Assembly (NCBI GenBank): GCA_963764165.1
Contig: CAVXRD010000002.1
Location: 2,176,001-2,240,000, forward strand
Source of the DNA: an uncultured Verrucomicrobiae bacterium
GTDB taxonomy: Bacteria; Verrucomicrobiota; Verrucomicrobiia; Limisphaerales; Palsa-1400
Reading direction: 5' to 3'
DNA: 64,000 nt
The notes below the pieces were generated by a model. That model saw nothing but the letters and a program-made list of their open reading frames with translations, was not told where the DNA came from and did no database searches. The position numbers and the translations under genes are program-made. Below, piece by piece: positions 39,443 through 48,336 of the stretch (positions within the stretch are counted from its first letter, which is position 1; each line of letters starts with the position of its first letter).

Positions 39443-39829
39443 ATGTATAAGATAAGTTCCACGGCGCATCTCGCCAAGCAGCGCCTCGCATTGCGCAAAA
39501 ACAACGAAACCCACTGGTCACCCAACACTGATGTCTATCTCTGCGATTCTGGCCTCGTCATCAAGGTGGAGCTGGCCGGAATGCAGCGCGAAAATTTAGA
39601 ATTGACCGTCGATGAGAACAACCTCCGCATCAGCGGTCATCGCCCCGACGGCTCCCGCGCCTCGCAATGCAAATTCCTGGCGATGGAAATTGACTACGGC
39701 GCCTTCGAGACTGTCATTGAGCTGCCCGAAGGCTGTGATGTCAGCCGCGGCAAAGCAGTTTACCAGAACGGTTTCCTTCGCATCGATATCCCCCTCTCCA
39801 ATAGCCGACCGGCCCCCGACGCGGATTAA
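39443..39829 (+). CDS. Hsp20/alpha-crystallin small heat-shock protein
   Basis: WSPNTDVY, VELAGM, EIDYGAFE..IELP, A.YQNGFLRI. Confidence 0.9.
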   Translation: MYKISSTAHLAKQRLALRKNNETHWSPNTDVYLCDSGLVIKVELAGMQRENLELTVDENNLRISGHRPDGSRASQCKFLAMEIDYGAFETVIELPEGCDVSRGKAVYQNGFLRIDIPLSNSRPAPDAD

Positions 39830-39838
39830 TCCACGGGC

Positions 39839-42235
39839 ATGAGCTCTCCGGACACGGAATTTATCAGCATTCTCGGCACGCCCGGCAGCGGGGATCCGGG
39901 CGGCACCAAGGTGTGGTCAAAATCGCTTCCCGAAAACCTCCCGATTCTTGGGTTGTCCGACATTGTAATTTTTCCCGGAACGCTGACCCATCTGCTGGTG
40001 GAAACCGCCCAGAGCATTCGGTTGATCGATGACGTGGTGGCAGGAGATCGTTTTATCGGGTTGGTGCTGCAGAAAAGCCCGGAGATTGAAAATCCCACCC
40101 CGAACGACCTGTATACCTTTGGCTGCGCGGGCCGGGTTTCGAAGATGCTGAAATTCCCGGACGGCACCGTGCGCGTGGCCGTGGAGGGGCTGCGCCGGAT
40201 TCGCATCATCAGCTTCACCACCGAAACTCCGTATCTCATCGCGCGCACCGAGAGGTTCAAGGATGTCGCGGACGACTCTCTTGAATTGACAGCGCTGACG
40301 CGCAACGCCGAGCGCGAATTTCAGGAGGTCATCAAGCTTTCGCCCGCGCTGGCCGAGCAGGTGAAAGTGGCGGCGCTGAATACAGAGGAGCCGGGCAGGC
40401 TGGCTGATCTTGTGGCGGCCAACTTGAATCTCAGCCTGGAAGAGCGCCAGCATTTGCTTGAGACGCCCGAGGTCAAGGAACGCCTCACCCGCCTGCTGCC
40501 CTTGTTGAGCCGCGAATTGGAAGTGCTGCGCCTCGGCTCAAAAATCCAGAACGAGGTCGTCACCTCGATGTCGAAAAATCAGCGCGATTTTTTCCTGCGC
40601 GAGCAAATCCGCGCCATCCAGCGCGAATTGGGAGAAGTCGATCCCGGCGCGGCGGAAGCGAAGGATTTGCGCGACCAGATCGAGCAGAACAATTTGCCGG
40701 AAGAGCCGAAGAAGGTCGCGCTGAAGGAACTCGAGCGCTTGCAGCAAATGCCGCCCGCCGTCGCGGAATACACGATGACGCGCAATTACCTCGACTGGCT
40801 GATTACGCTGCCGTGGTCGAAATTCACCGAGGACAAACTCGATCTCGATGATGCCAGCCGTTTGCTTGACGAGCAGCATTTCGGCTTGCGCAAAGTCAAA
40901 GACCGGCTGCTGGAATTTCTGGCGGTCATCAAGCTGAAGCAAATCATCAAGGGGCCGATTCTCTGCCTGGTCGGCCCGCCCGGGGTCGGCAAGACGTCGC
41001 TCGGAAAGAGCGTAGCAGATGCGCTCGGACGAAAATTTGCCCGCATAGCATTAGGCGGCATGCGAGACGAAGCGGAAATTCGCGGGCACCGCCGCACTTA
41101 CGTGGGCGCATTGCCAGGCCGCATTATCCAAACCTTGCGGCGGGTGGAATCCAGCAATCCTGTTATTCTACTTGACGAAGTGGACAAGGTTGGGGCGGAT
41201 TTTCGCGGCGATCCCGCTTCCGCGCTTCTCGAAGTGTTGGATCCGGCGCAGAACAATACGTTTGTCGATCATTACCTCGACATTCCCTACGATTTGTCGC
41301 GCGTACTGTTCATCACCACCGCCAATTGGCTGGATCCAATTCATCCCGCGCTGCGCGACCGGCTGGAGGTCATTGAACTGCCGAGTTACACCGCCGCCGA
41401 GAAGGTGGAAATTGCCAAGCGGCATCTGGTGCCGCGCCAGCTTGAGGAGCACGGATTGAAACGCAAGCTGGTGCGCTTTCCTGACGCAACCTTGAGGCAG
41501 GTCATCCAGGATTACACGCGCGAAGCCGGAGTGCGCCAATTGGAGCGCGAGATCGCGGCGCTCACGCGCAAGGCGGCGCGGAAAATTGTGGGCCACCGAA
41601 TTCATGCGCCCCTGGTAATCAGCCCCAAGAGTCTCGAATCGTATCTCGGGCCAGCCCAATTCACGTCGGAAGCGGCCGAGCGCATTGACGAATGCGGCAT
41701 CGCCATCGGCCTGGCCTGGACGCCGGTCGGGGGGGAAATTCTTTTTGTCGAAGCCACGCGGATGCCGGGAAAAGGCGGTTTGATTTTGACGGGATCGCTC
41801 GGCGAAGTGATGAAGGAAAGCGCCCAGACGGCGTTAAGCTTTCTCCGCAATCGCGCGGAGTCGCTTCATATCGATTTGAGCGATTACGATAGGCGCGACA
41901 TCCATGTGCATGTTCCCGCCGGGGCGACGCCGAAGGACGGCCCCAGCGCCGGTGTGACCATCGTGGCAGCGCTCGCCTCATTGCTGACCAAGCGCAAAGT
42001 GCGCTCAGACCTGGCAATGACCGGCGAAATCAGTTTGCGCGGCCGCGTGCTTCGTGTCGGCGGCATCAAAGAAAAGGTGCTGGCGGCGGCACGGTCGGGC
42101 ATCACGCGAGTCATTCTTCCCGAGGGCAATCGCAAAGACTGGCAGGAAGTCCCCGTGGAAGTGCGGAGGAAATTAAAAGCGCACTTTATCGAGAACATCT
42201 CCCAAATGTTCCCGCTGGCGCTGACGGCAAAATGA
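39839..42235 (+). CDS. lon: ATP-dependent protease La
   Basis: GPPGVGKT, IRGHRRTY.GA, LDEVDK, GLAWT, PKDGPSAG, GGIKEK. Confidence 0.97.
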   Translation: MSSPDTEFISILGTPGSGDPGGTKVWSKSLPENLPILGLSDIVIFPGTLTHLLVETAQSIRLIDDVVAGDRFIGLVLQKSPEIENPTPNDLYTFGCAGRVSKMLKFPDGTVRVAVEGLRRIRIISFTTETPYLIARTERFKDVADDSLELTALTRNAEREFQEVIKLSPALAEQVKVAALNTEEPGRLADLVAANLNLSLEERQHLLETPEVKERLTRLLPLLSRELEVLRLGSKIQNEVVTSMSKNQRDFFLREQIRAIQRELGEVDPGAAEAKDLRDQIEQNNLPEEPKKVALKELERLQQMPPAVAEYTMTRNYLDWLITLPWSKFTEDKLDLDDASRLLDEQHFGLRKVKDRLLEFLAVIKLKQIIKGPILCLVGPPGVGKTSLGKSVADALGRKFARIALGGMRDEAEIRGHRRTYVGALPGRIIQTLRRVESSNPVILLDEVDKVGADFRGDPASALLEVLDPAQNNTFVDHYLDIPYDLSRVLFITTANWLDPIHPALRDRLEVIELPSYTAAEKVEIAKRHLVPRQLEEHGLKRKLVRFPDATLRQVIQDYTREAGVRQLEREIAALTRKAARKIVGHRIHAPLVISPKSLESYLGPAQFTSEAAERIDECGIAIGLAWTPVGGEILFVEATRMPGKGGLILTGSLGEVMKESAQTALSFLRNRAESLHIDLSDYDRRDIHVHVPAGATPKDGPSAGVTIVAALASLLTKRKVRSDLAMTGEISLRGRVLRVGGIKEKVLAAARSGITRVILPEGNRKDWQEVPVEVRRKLKAHFIENISQMFPLALTAK

Positions 42236-43149
42236 AGCGGACTTTGCTGGCAGGAGGCAATTTATTGCAATTGAAGTTCAACGCGCGCCCCGCTGATTCC
42301 CTCGCCCCGCGCAGCGGAGAGAGGGTTAGGGAGAGGGGCGCCGAGCTGATTCCCCAGAAGGATGGCCGAAAAACAGGGAGACTCAAATGCGCTTTGTCGG
42401 TGGCGGCGATTGCATTGTTGACTTCGATTCCCGCCCTCGCCGATCCAATTCCAAGAGCAGTCGCCGCCGCCGCCGATGGCCCCACACTGGCCGCTTTGAT
42501 TCGCGATTCTGTCCCCGCCGAAAGCGAACCCATCAGCGGCACGCTGATTATTCATCGCGATCACCAGGTAAAAAGCGTCCGCGTGCTTTGCAAGGTCGAG
42601 ATACATCCTGATTCCTGGCAATCCGAATACATCATTGCCGCCACCAATGACACGCCGGCGGAGAAACTGATTGTGATTCACCGCACCAACGCGCCCAATG
42701 AGTTTCTCTACGCCAAGGCGGGCAATGCCACGGCAGAATTGCCCAAGCTGGAACACATCACGCCCGAAGTGGCTGCTGAAACGCCGCTCGGCGGCTCCGA
42801 CTTTTCGGCCGGTGATTTGGCCTTGGATTTTCTGCATTGGCCGCAGCAGCAGCGATTGCCGCGCGCCATGCGCCTGAGCCAGCCTTGTTACGTTTTGGAA
42901 AGCAAAAATCCGGCGGCAAAAAATATCGTGCGGATACGCTCGTATATCGACGAGGAAAGCAATGCCCCGATCGTGGCCGAAGCTTACGATTCAATGGACG
43001 TCGACTCGAAGCACGAGGTCAAAGAGTTTTCCCTGCATAGCAGCAGCTTCAAACGGGTCAACGGGCGCTGGCAGTTGGAAAACATGGATATCAAGGATCT
43101 CAAAAAGAAGTCGCACACCGAATTGAAATTTGATATGCAAAAGGAATGA
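42232..43149 (+). CDS. Outer-membrane lipoprotein-sorting (LolA-like) protein; N-terminus contains a REP-derived segment
   Basis: GSDFSAGDL..DFL.W, CYVLES, KRVNGRWQLE; ATGA overlap with the lon stop; start uncertain. Confidence 0.7.
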   Translation: MKRTLLAGGNLLQLKFNARPADSLAPRSGERVRERGAELIPQKDGRKTGRLKCALSVAAIALLTSIPALADPIPRAVAAAADGPTLAALIRDSVPAESEPISGTLIIHRDHQVKSVRVLCKVEIHPDSWQSEYIIAATNDTPAEKLIVIHRTNAPNEFLYAKAGNATAELPKLEHITPEVAAETPLGGSDFSAGDLALDFLHWPQQQRLPRAMRLSQPCYVLESKNPAAKNIVRIRSYIDEESNAPIVAEAYDSMDVDSKHEVKEFSLHSSSFKRVNGRWQLENMDIKDLKKKSHTELKFDMQKE

Positions 43150-44360
43150 TGGCGTTGTTGGGCCCGGTTGCGGACGACGTGCTTGAATGGCTGTTGATTG
43201 CCGCTGTTCTGGGATCGTGGGGATTCTATAGCTATCGCCGGAGCGACGATCGCCGCCAGCTTGTGATTAAATGGGCTTGCAGCGTTTTTCTGATTCTAAG
43301 CTGCTTTTTCATCGTATGGCTTCACAATGTTAGATTGTTGCTTCTTTGCGTCATTCCGTGCGTGCTGTTCGCGTTTATCTGGCTGCCGAGCGTGGGCGAG
43401 TTTTTACTGAAGCCGCTGACCAGCGCCATGGAAGGCGGCTCCGAGAGTGTTGAGGCCAAGCCGTATTATTTTACCGCCGTGGCGAAGCGGCGCAAAAGCC
43501 TCTACGACGAAGCGATGGCGGATGTCCGTCAACAATTGGAATCATTTCCCGGCGATCCGGAAGGCATGATGCTGCTTGCCTCCATTCAAGCGGAGGATAT
43601 CCATGATGTTCCTGCGGGCATCGCCACCATGCAAGAGCTGCTCGAAACGCCGGGCCTTTCGGCGGCCCGCACCATCGCTGCGTTGCAGACCGTGGCCGAT
43701 TGGCAATTGAACCTCGCCCACGATGCCGCGGCGGCCCGCGTCTCGCTGGAGCGCATCATCGAAGGTTTTCCCGGCTCCCAGGCATCACTGGCGGCGGAGC
43801 AGCGCGTGGCGCGGCTGGAAGGCGTTGCCGAGACAAAAAATGTCCGCGACAACACCGTCTACAAAGTGAAAACGCGCGAGAACCCCGGCGGCTTGCGCTT
43901 GAACGTGCCGCAAGCCGTTTCGCCCGATCAAGATCCCTTGGAGGAGGCGTCGGATCTCGTGAAGCAATTGCAGAAATATCCGTCGGATGTCGGCACGCGC
44001 GAGAAACTGGCGCTGCTTTACGCCGAACAATTGGGTCGGCTTGATCTCGCTGTCGGCGAACTGGAACAACTCGCCGCCGTGCCGAACGCCAGCCCCAAGC
44101 AAACCGCCCACTGGCTCGGGCAGCTGGCAACTGTGCACATCCGCTTCGGCAATGACATTGTCGCGGCGGAAAAAGCGCTGCGCCGTATCATCGAAAAATT
44201 TCCAAAAACGGCGGCAGCCAATCAAGCCGTATCACGATTGGCGACGCTGCAAGGAGAACTGAAAGCCGCCTCCGCCGCCACCGTCAGCAAGGCGCTGGGC
44301 AATTACGAAAAGGACTTGGGGCTGCGAACCGGAAAACCTTATCCGCCAAAAGAAGTTTGA
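43146..44360 (+). CDS. Membrane protein with TPR-like helical repeats
   Basis: Three N-terminal TM segments; duplicated 'A...L.RIIE.FP...A...A..R.A.L' helical repeat. Confidence 0.75.
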   Translation: MMALLGPVADDVLEWLLIAAVLGSWGFYSYRRSDDRRQLVIKWACSVFLILSCFFIVWLHNVRLLLLCVIPCVLFAFIWLPSVGEFLLKPLTSAMEGGSESVEAKPYYFTAVAKRRKSLYDEAMADVRQQLESFPGDPEGMMLLASIQAEDIHDVPAGIATMQELLETPGLSAARTIAALQTVADWQLNLAHDAAAARVSLERIIEGFPGSQASLAAEQRVARLEGVAETKNVRDNTVYKVKTRENPGGLRLNVPQAVSPDQDPLEEASDLVKQLQKYPSDVGTREKLALLYAEQLGRLDLAVGELEQLAAVPNASPKQTAHWLGQLATVHIRFGNDIVAAEKALRRIIEKFPKTAAANQAVSRLATLQGELKAASAATVSKALGNYEKDLGLRTGKPYPPKEV

Positions 44361-44636
44361 TGCACAGGCCCAAGCTTGCGCCAGACGATCAGAAATGTCT
44401 TCCGTCGAATTGAGGACATAGCCGCCGGACGTATTGCGGGACTGACCGAGCAAGAATTTCGCGCAGCTCTGCAATGAGCCGCTGACATGGTTGGCCGCTT
44501 CGCCAGTAAAATTCGCCGCTCGTTGCCGCTCAGCGCCAGAGGAGCGGCACCTTTGTAGAAACGATTACAAAAAGATTTTCAAGCGCCGTTCTTCCGCTTT
44601 GACATCTCGGGAGAAAACGGACAGTTTCACGCCCCA

Positions 44637-45593
44637 ATGTGTGTGATCCTGAAAGCGTCCCTTCGAATCTCGCTCTTAATTTTCGTTCTTTTCCAGAATC
44701 GTTGTCTTCAAGCCCAAGACCAAGCGGTTGCGGCGGCTTGGAAAAAGAAAATGAAGAGCGCCGACGAGGCGTTGGAAAAGGAGTTTTTCACCGATGCCAA
44801 GACAAGATACGAAGGAGCGCTGGCGTTGGCCGAGAGATTTGCAACTAACGATGTGCGCCGGAGCGAAACCTTGACGAAGCTTGCATTCGTACGCATGAGA
44901 ACCGATGAAAAGATTGGGGCGGAGGTCGATCTTCGCCGCGCCTTGGCGATCGACGAGTCAAAATTCGGGTCAAACGACCTGCGCCTCGCTCCTGAGCTGC
45001 TCCGCATTGGAGAGTGCTGCGTAGCCGCGAACAGAAGCGAGGAAGCGGATGATTTCTTCAACAGGGCTCAGCCCATATTTGAGAAGGCTTTCGGAAAGGA
45101 CGATCGCGTTGTGGGCCTTTGTCTTTGGGACCGGGCCTCGAGCGCCCTGTTGGAGCACCGCTATGCGCAATCCGAAGCTCTTTTCGACCACGCGATTAAA
45201 TTGGTTGAATCGCCCCGGCCTCCGGCGCAATTCGATCTGGAAAGATATCCCACCCTGTCCGTGGTTGCGCCCTCCACGGTCGAGCTTTCGAAAATATACG
45301 GCGCCCAGGCAATGCTGTTCGAGCTGGAGAAAAAGCACGCCGAAGCGGAAGCCGGCCTCAACCACTGCCTTGCGTTGCAAGAACACAAATATGGAAAACA
45401 CAGCCGAATGGTGTGCCAGACCCTTGTCGCGTTGGCGGACGTTTATCTCATAGATGGAAAATTGAAGGAATCCAAAGAGGTCAACAACCGCGCGCTGACT
45501 CTCCTTTCGCGCGTGAGTCGCGCATCGCCGGTATACCAGCATGCGGTCGGCGTTCAACAAGCCCAAGCCGCATTTGAAAAGACTCAAAAGTAG
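44637..45593 (+). CDS. Secreted tetratricopeptide-repeat protein
   Basis: Signal peptide; kinesin-light-chain-like TPRs (RRALAIDESKFG, CLALQEHKYG). Confidence 0.8.
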   Translation: MCVILKASLRISLLIFVLFQNRCLQAQDQAVAAAWKKKMKSADEALEKEFFTDAKTRYEGALALAERFATNDVRRSETLTKLAFVRMRTDEKIGAEVDLRRALAIDESKFGSNDLRLAPELLRIGECCVAANRSEEADDFFNRAQPIFEKAFGKDDRVVGLCLWDRASSALLEHRYAQSEALFDHAIKLVESPRPPAQFDLERYPTLSVVAPSTVELSKIYGAQAMLFELEKKHAEAEAGLNHCLALQEHKYGKHSRMVCQTLVALADVYLIDGKLKESKEVNNRALTLLSRVSRASPVYQHAVGVQQAQAAFEKTQK

Positions 45594-46015
45594 CCGGCTT
45601 GCGGTCTCAAAGATCGCGCGCACGGGGGCACGACTATAACACGGCTATCCGTAAATCCCGAAGGTGTCCAATTGAAGCGAGCACTCGTCCGAATTATGCG
45701 AGCATGCGGGACCCTTTCTCGCCCCTCTGCGCACTCATCTTCTCTGCGCGAACCTTCTTCTCACTCTGGCGGGCTGTGGTCAAAATTGGTGCCATTAACT
45801 CCAGAACGAAATTAAGAACGATTTGGTTTCGTCGTGCGTTGAACGGATCTCGCGCAGAGAAAGCGCGGAGGGCGCAGAGGTTCTTCGCCGAGTTCAGTCA
45901 GATTTTTCACCGCCATTCCCGTAAAAGCGTCCGAAGCCCCATTCGGGCACCCTCGCCCAGTGTTGGGTATGATTGGATGTGGGCCAGGCTCTCAATAATA
46001 TTGGGGCGGCGCACA

Positions 46016-47699
46016 GAGATTGTCTCAAAACTTCTGTTTTTTGAGGAATGTATTTGACAATATGTGAGCCTTTAGTTGACAATGCCGTTCAACAAATATG
46101 GCTCAACCGATTGCCCCTGATTACGGACAGCAGTTCCTCCTCCCGCCCGCCCTGGAGGACTGGGTGTCCGCCGACCATCCCGCCCGCTTCCTGCGCGAAT
46201 TTGTCGACCAGTTGGATCTGCCCCAGCTTGGGTTTGTCATTCCCGCCGCCGCCGAAGGCCGTCCGCCCTATGCCCCCAGCCTCCTGCTCAAGATTTGGCT
46301 TTACGGTTATTTCCACCGCATTCGCTCCACCCGCAAGCTGGAAACCGCCTGCACGGAGCATGTCTCGCTGCTGTGGCTGACGGGGCTCAACGCCCCCGAC
46401 CACAACAGCCTCTGGCGGTTCTGGGACGGAAACAAAAAGGCCCTGCGCCAGGTTTTCAAGCAAACCGTGCAGCTGGCCCTCCGCACCGGGGCGGTGGGAT
46501 TTGCCTTGCAAGCGTTGGACGGCACCAAGATTCAAGCCGCCTGCAGCGGGCCGCAGGGCTGGAGCAAGGTTTACATGGAGAAGCTCCTGGCCCAGCTGGA
46601 TGGCGCCTTGGAGGAAATCGAGCTCAAAGTCGTGGCGGAGAACCAGGATTCCAGCGCACCGGGCTGCCGGCTGCCCGCCGGGTTGGCCCAGCGCCAGGCC
46701 CTGCGCGAGGAAATCAAAAAAGGCCTGGCCCAGCTGCAGGCCGACGGGCGCCACCATTACCATCCAGCCGAACCGGAGGCGCGCCGGATGAAAGTCGGCG
46801 ACACCAACCGCTTTGCCTACAACGCCCAGGCGGTGGCCGACAGCCAGGAGGGCATCATGGTCGCCTGTCAAGCCACCCGCCAGGAAACCGACGCCGGCCA
46901 GCTGGTCCCCATGATTGAAGAAGCGAGGCAAAACCTCGGTCCGGCGGCCATTCCAACCCTCACCGCCGCCGACGCCGGCTATGGGGGCGGGGCCGACTTG
47001 AAAGCGGCCGTGGAACAGCAGATGAATGTGCTGGCCCCGCCGGCGGAGGGCAAGCCAGCCCACGACAACGCCTACGCGACGCAGCATTTTCATTATGACG
47101 AGGCGGCCCACACCGTCACCTGCCCGCAAGAGCGCCTTCTGGACCACGAAGGCCAGACCACCAAGAAAGGCCAGACCGTTGAGCGCTTCCGCTGCCATCA
47201 CCGAGACTGTCCCGTGCGCGCCCTCTGCAGCCGCGATCCCAAAGGGCGGCAAGTCGAAGTGTGGCCGCACACCACGCTGGTGCAAGCCATGCGGGCCCGG
47301 CTGCAAGAGCCAGGACCCGCCGCGCTTTATGGAAAGCGCAAAGAGATCATCGAACGCCGGTTTGGGCAGCTCAAGCAACACGACGGCTTTCGGCGTTGGA
47401 CAGTTTGGGGTCTGGAAGCCGTGCAAGCCCAATGGGCCTTGTTATGCGCCACCTTGAACCTGCGAATCCTCTATAAAAAGTGGCAGGCCCGGGTCCAGAC
47501 GCCGAAAATGGAAGTCAAAACCGCCGCGGTTGAAGGAAATTTGGCGATGGCGGCCTAAAAAAGGAGGGAAAGGGAAGCTTGGCGTCATCGCTGACGCCAG
47601 CCACGCTCTGACAACTAAAAGTTGACACCCGTTTCCACAGCCCCTATTGGTGCCCATATAACCAGATCGGCCAGACTAAAACGTTTTGAGACAGTCTCC
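46016..47699 (+). mobile_element. IS1182-family insertion sequence, copy 2
   Basis: GAGATTGTCTCAAAAC ... GTTTTGAGACAGTCTC(C); ACA (or CACA) duplication; inserted in a REP family B hairpin. Confidence 0.92.
46098..47558 (+). CDS. tnp: IS1182-family DDE transposase (486 aa)
   Basis: Same protein as 15697-17157 except PSLLLK vs PSLRLK. Confidence 0.92.
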   Translation: MAQPIAPDYGQQFLLPPALEDWVSADHPARFLREFVDQLDLPQLGFVIPAAAEGRPPYAPSLLLKIWLYGYFHRIRSTRKLETACTEHVSLLWLTGLNAPDHNSLWRFWDGNKKALRQVFKQTVQLALRTGAVGFALQALDGTKIQAACSGPQGWSKVYMEKLLAQLDGALEEIELKVVAENQDSSAPGCRLPAGLAQRQALREEIKKGLAQLQADGRHHYHPAEPEARRMKVGDTNRFAYNAQAVADSQEGIMVACQATRQETDAGQLVPMIEEARQNLGPAAIPTLTAADAGYGGGADLKAAVEQQMNVLAPPAEGKPAHDNAYATQHFHYDEAAHTVTCPQERLLDHEGQTTKKGQTVERFRCHHRDCPVRALCSRDPKGRQVEVWPHTTLVQAMRARLQEPGPAALYGKRKEIIERRFGQLKQHDGFRRWTVWGLEAVQAQWALLCATLNLRILYKKWQARVQTPKMEVKTAAVEGNLAMAA

Positions 47700-48336
47700 A
47701 CAGCGCCGCCCTACCGCAATTTGGCAGGGCGGACCTGCGTGTCCGCCCAAATATTCTCACCCATTTTCAATCTCCCCCCCCCAAAATATTTCCGCCCCCC
47801 ACTCCCGCCTGGATAATCGATGTTCCGTCTAAAAACATAGCCACACTCCCACATAACAGTGCAAATGCATCATTCATTGACGGAATTGGCTTTCGGCCTT
47901 ATTTTTCTTCATCTCGCCGTCAAGGCGCGTTCTTTGATATTTTGCGGATTTTCGCATCTCGGGGGGCCACAGGAGCCTCTGCGCTCTCAGCGCCTCCGCG
48001 CGCGATTGCGTTTTATCCCCCGAAGCCAAAACGCGCCCACGGAGGCAAAAAGGACTCTCGCGCAGAGATGATGGGTGCGCAGAGGAATGCAAATCGTAAT
48101 CAGGTCGTTGCACGCTATTGCACCCTATTGCACCCTGGGTTTTTGCAACACAACACCGATCCCCCTCGGCCAACGCAATCGCCCCGACGGACGAACTGGT
48201 GAGACGCGCCAGTGAACGATTGCTGGCCGCGTGCCTTCAGGCGGCGCGTCAATCAATCCATAAAGAGTCAACAGAAGCGAACAAAGGAAACGGAGGGCGG
48301 ACTGCACCGGGGAGTGACTTTTTGTTTCCCCTTCGC

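Noticed and set aside
15556..47699. Composite transposon or IS-mediated inversion bounded by the two inverted IS1182 copies
   Set aside because: Each copy has its own matching target duplication and restores its own REP, so they are independent insertions; the interval is mostly housekeeping genes.
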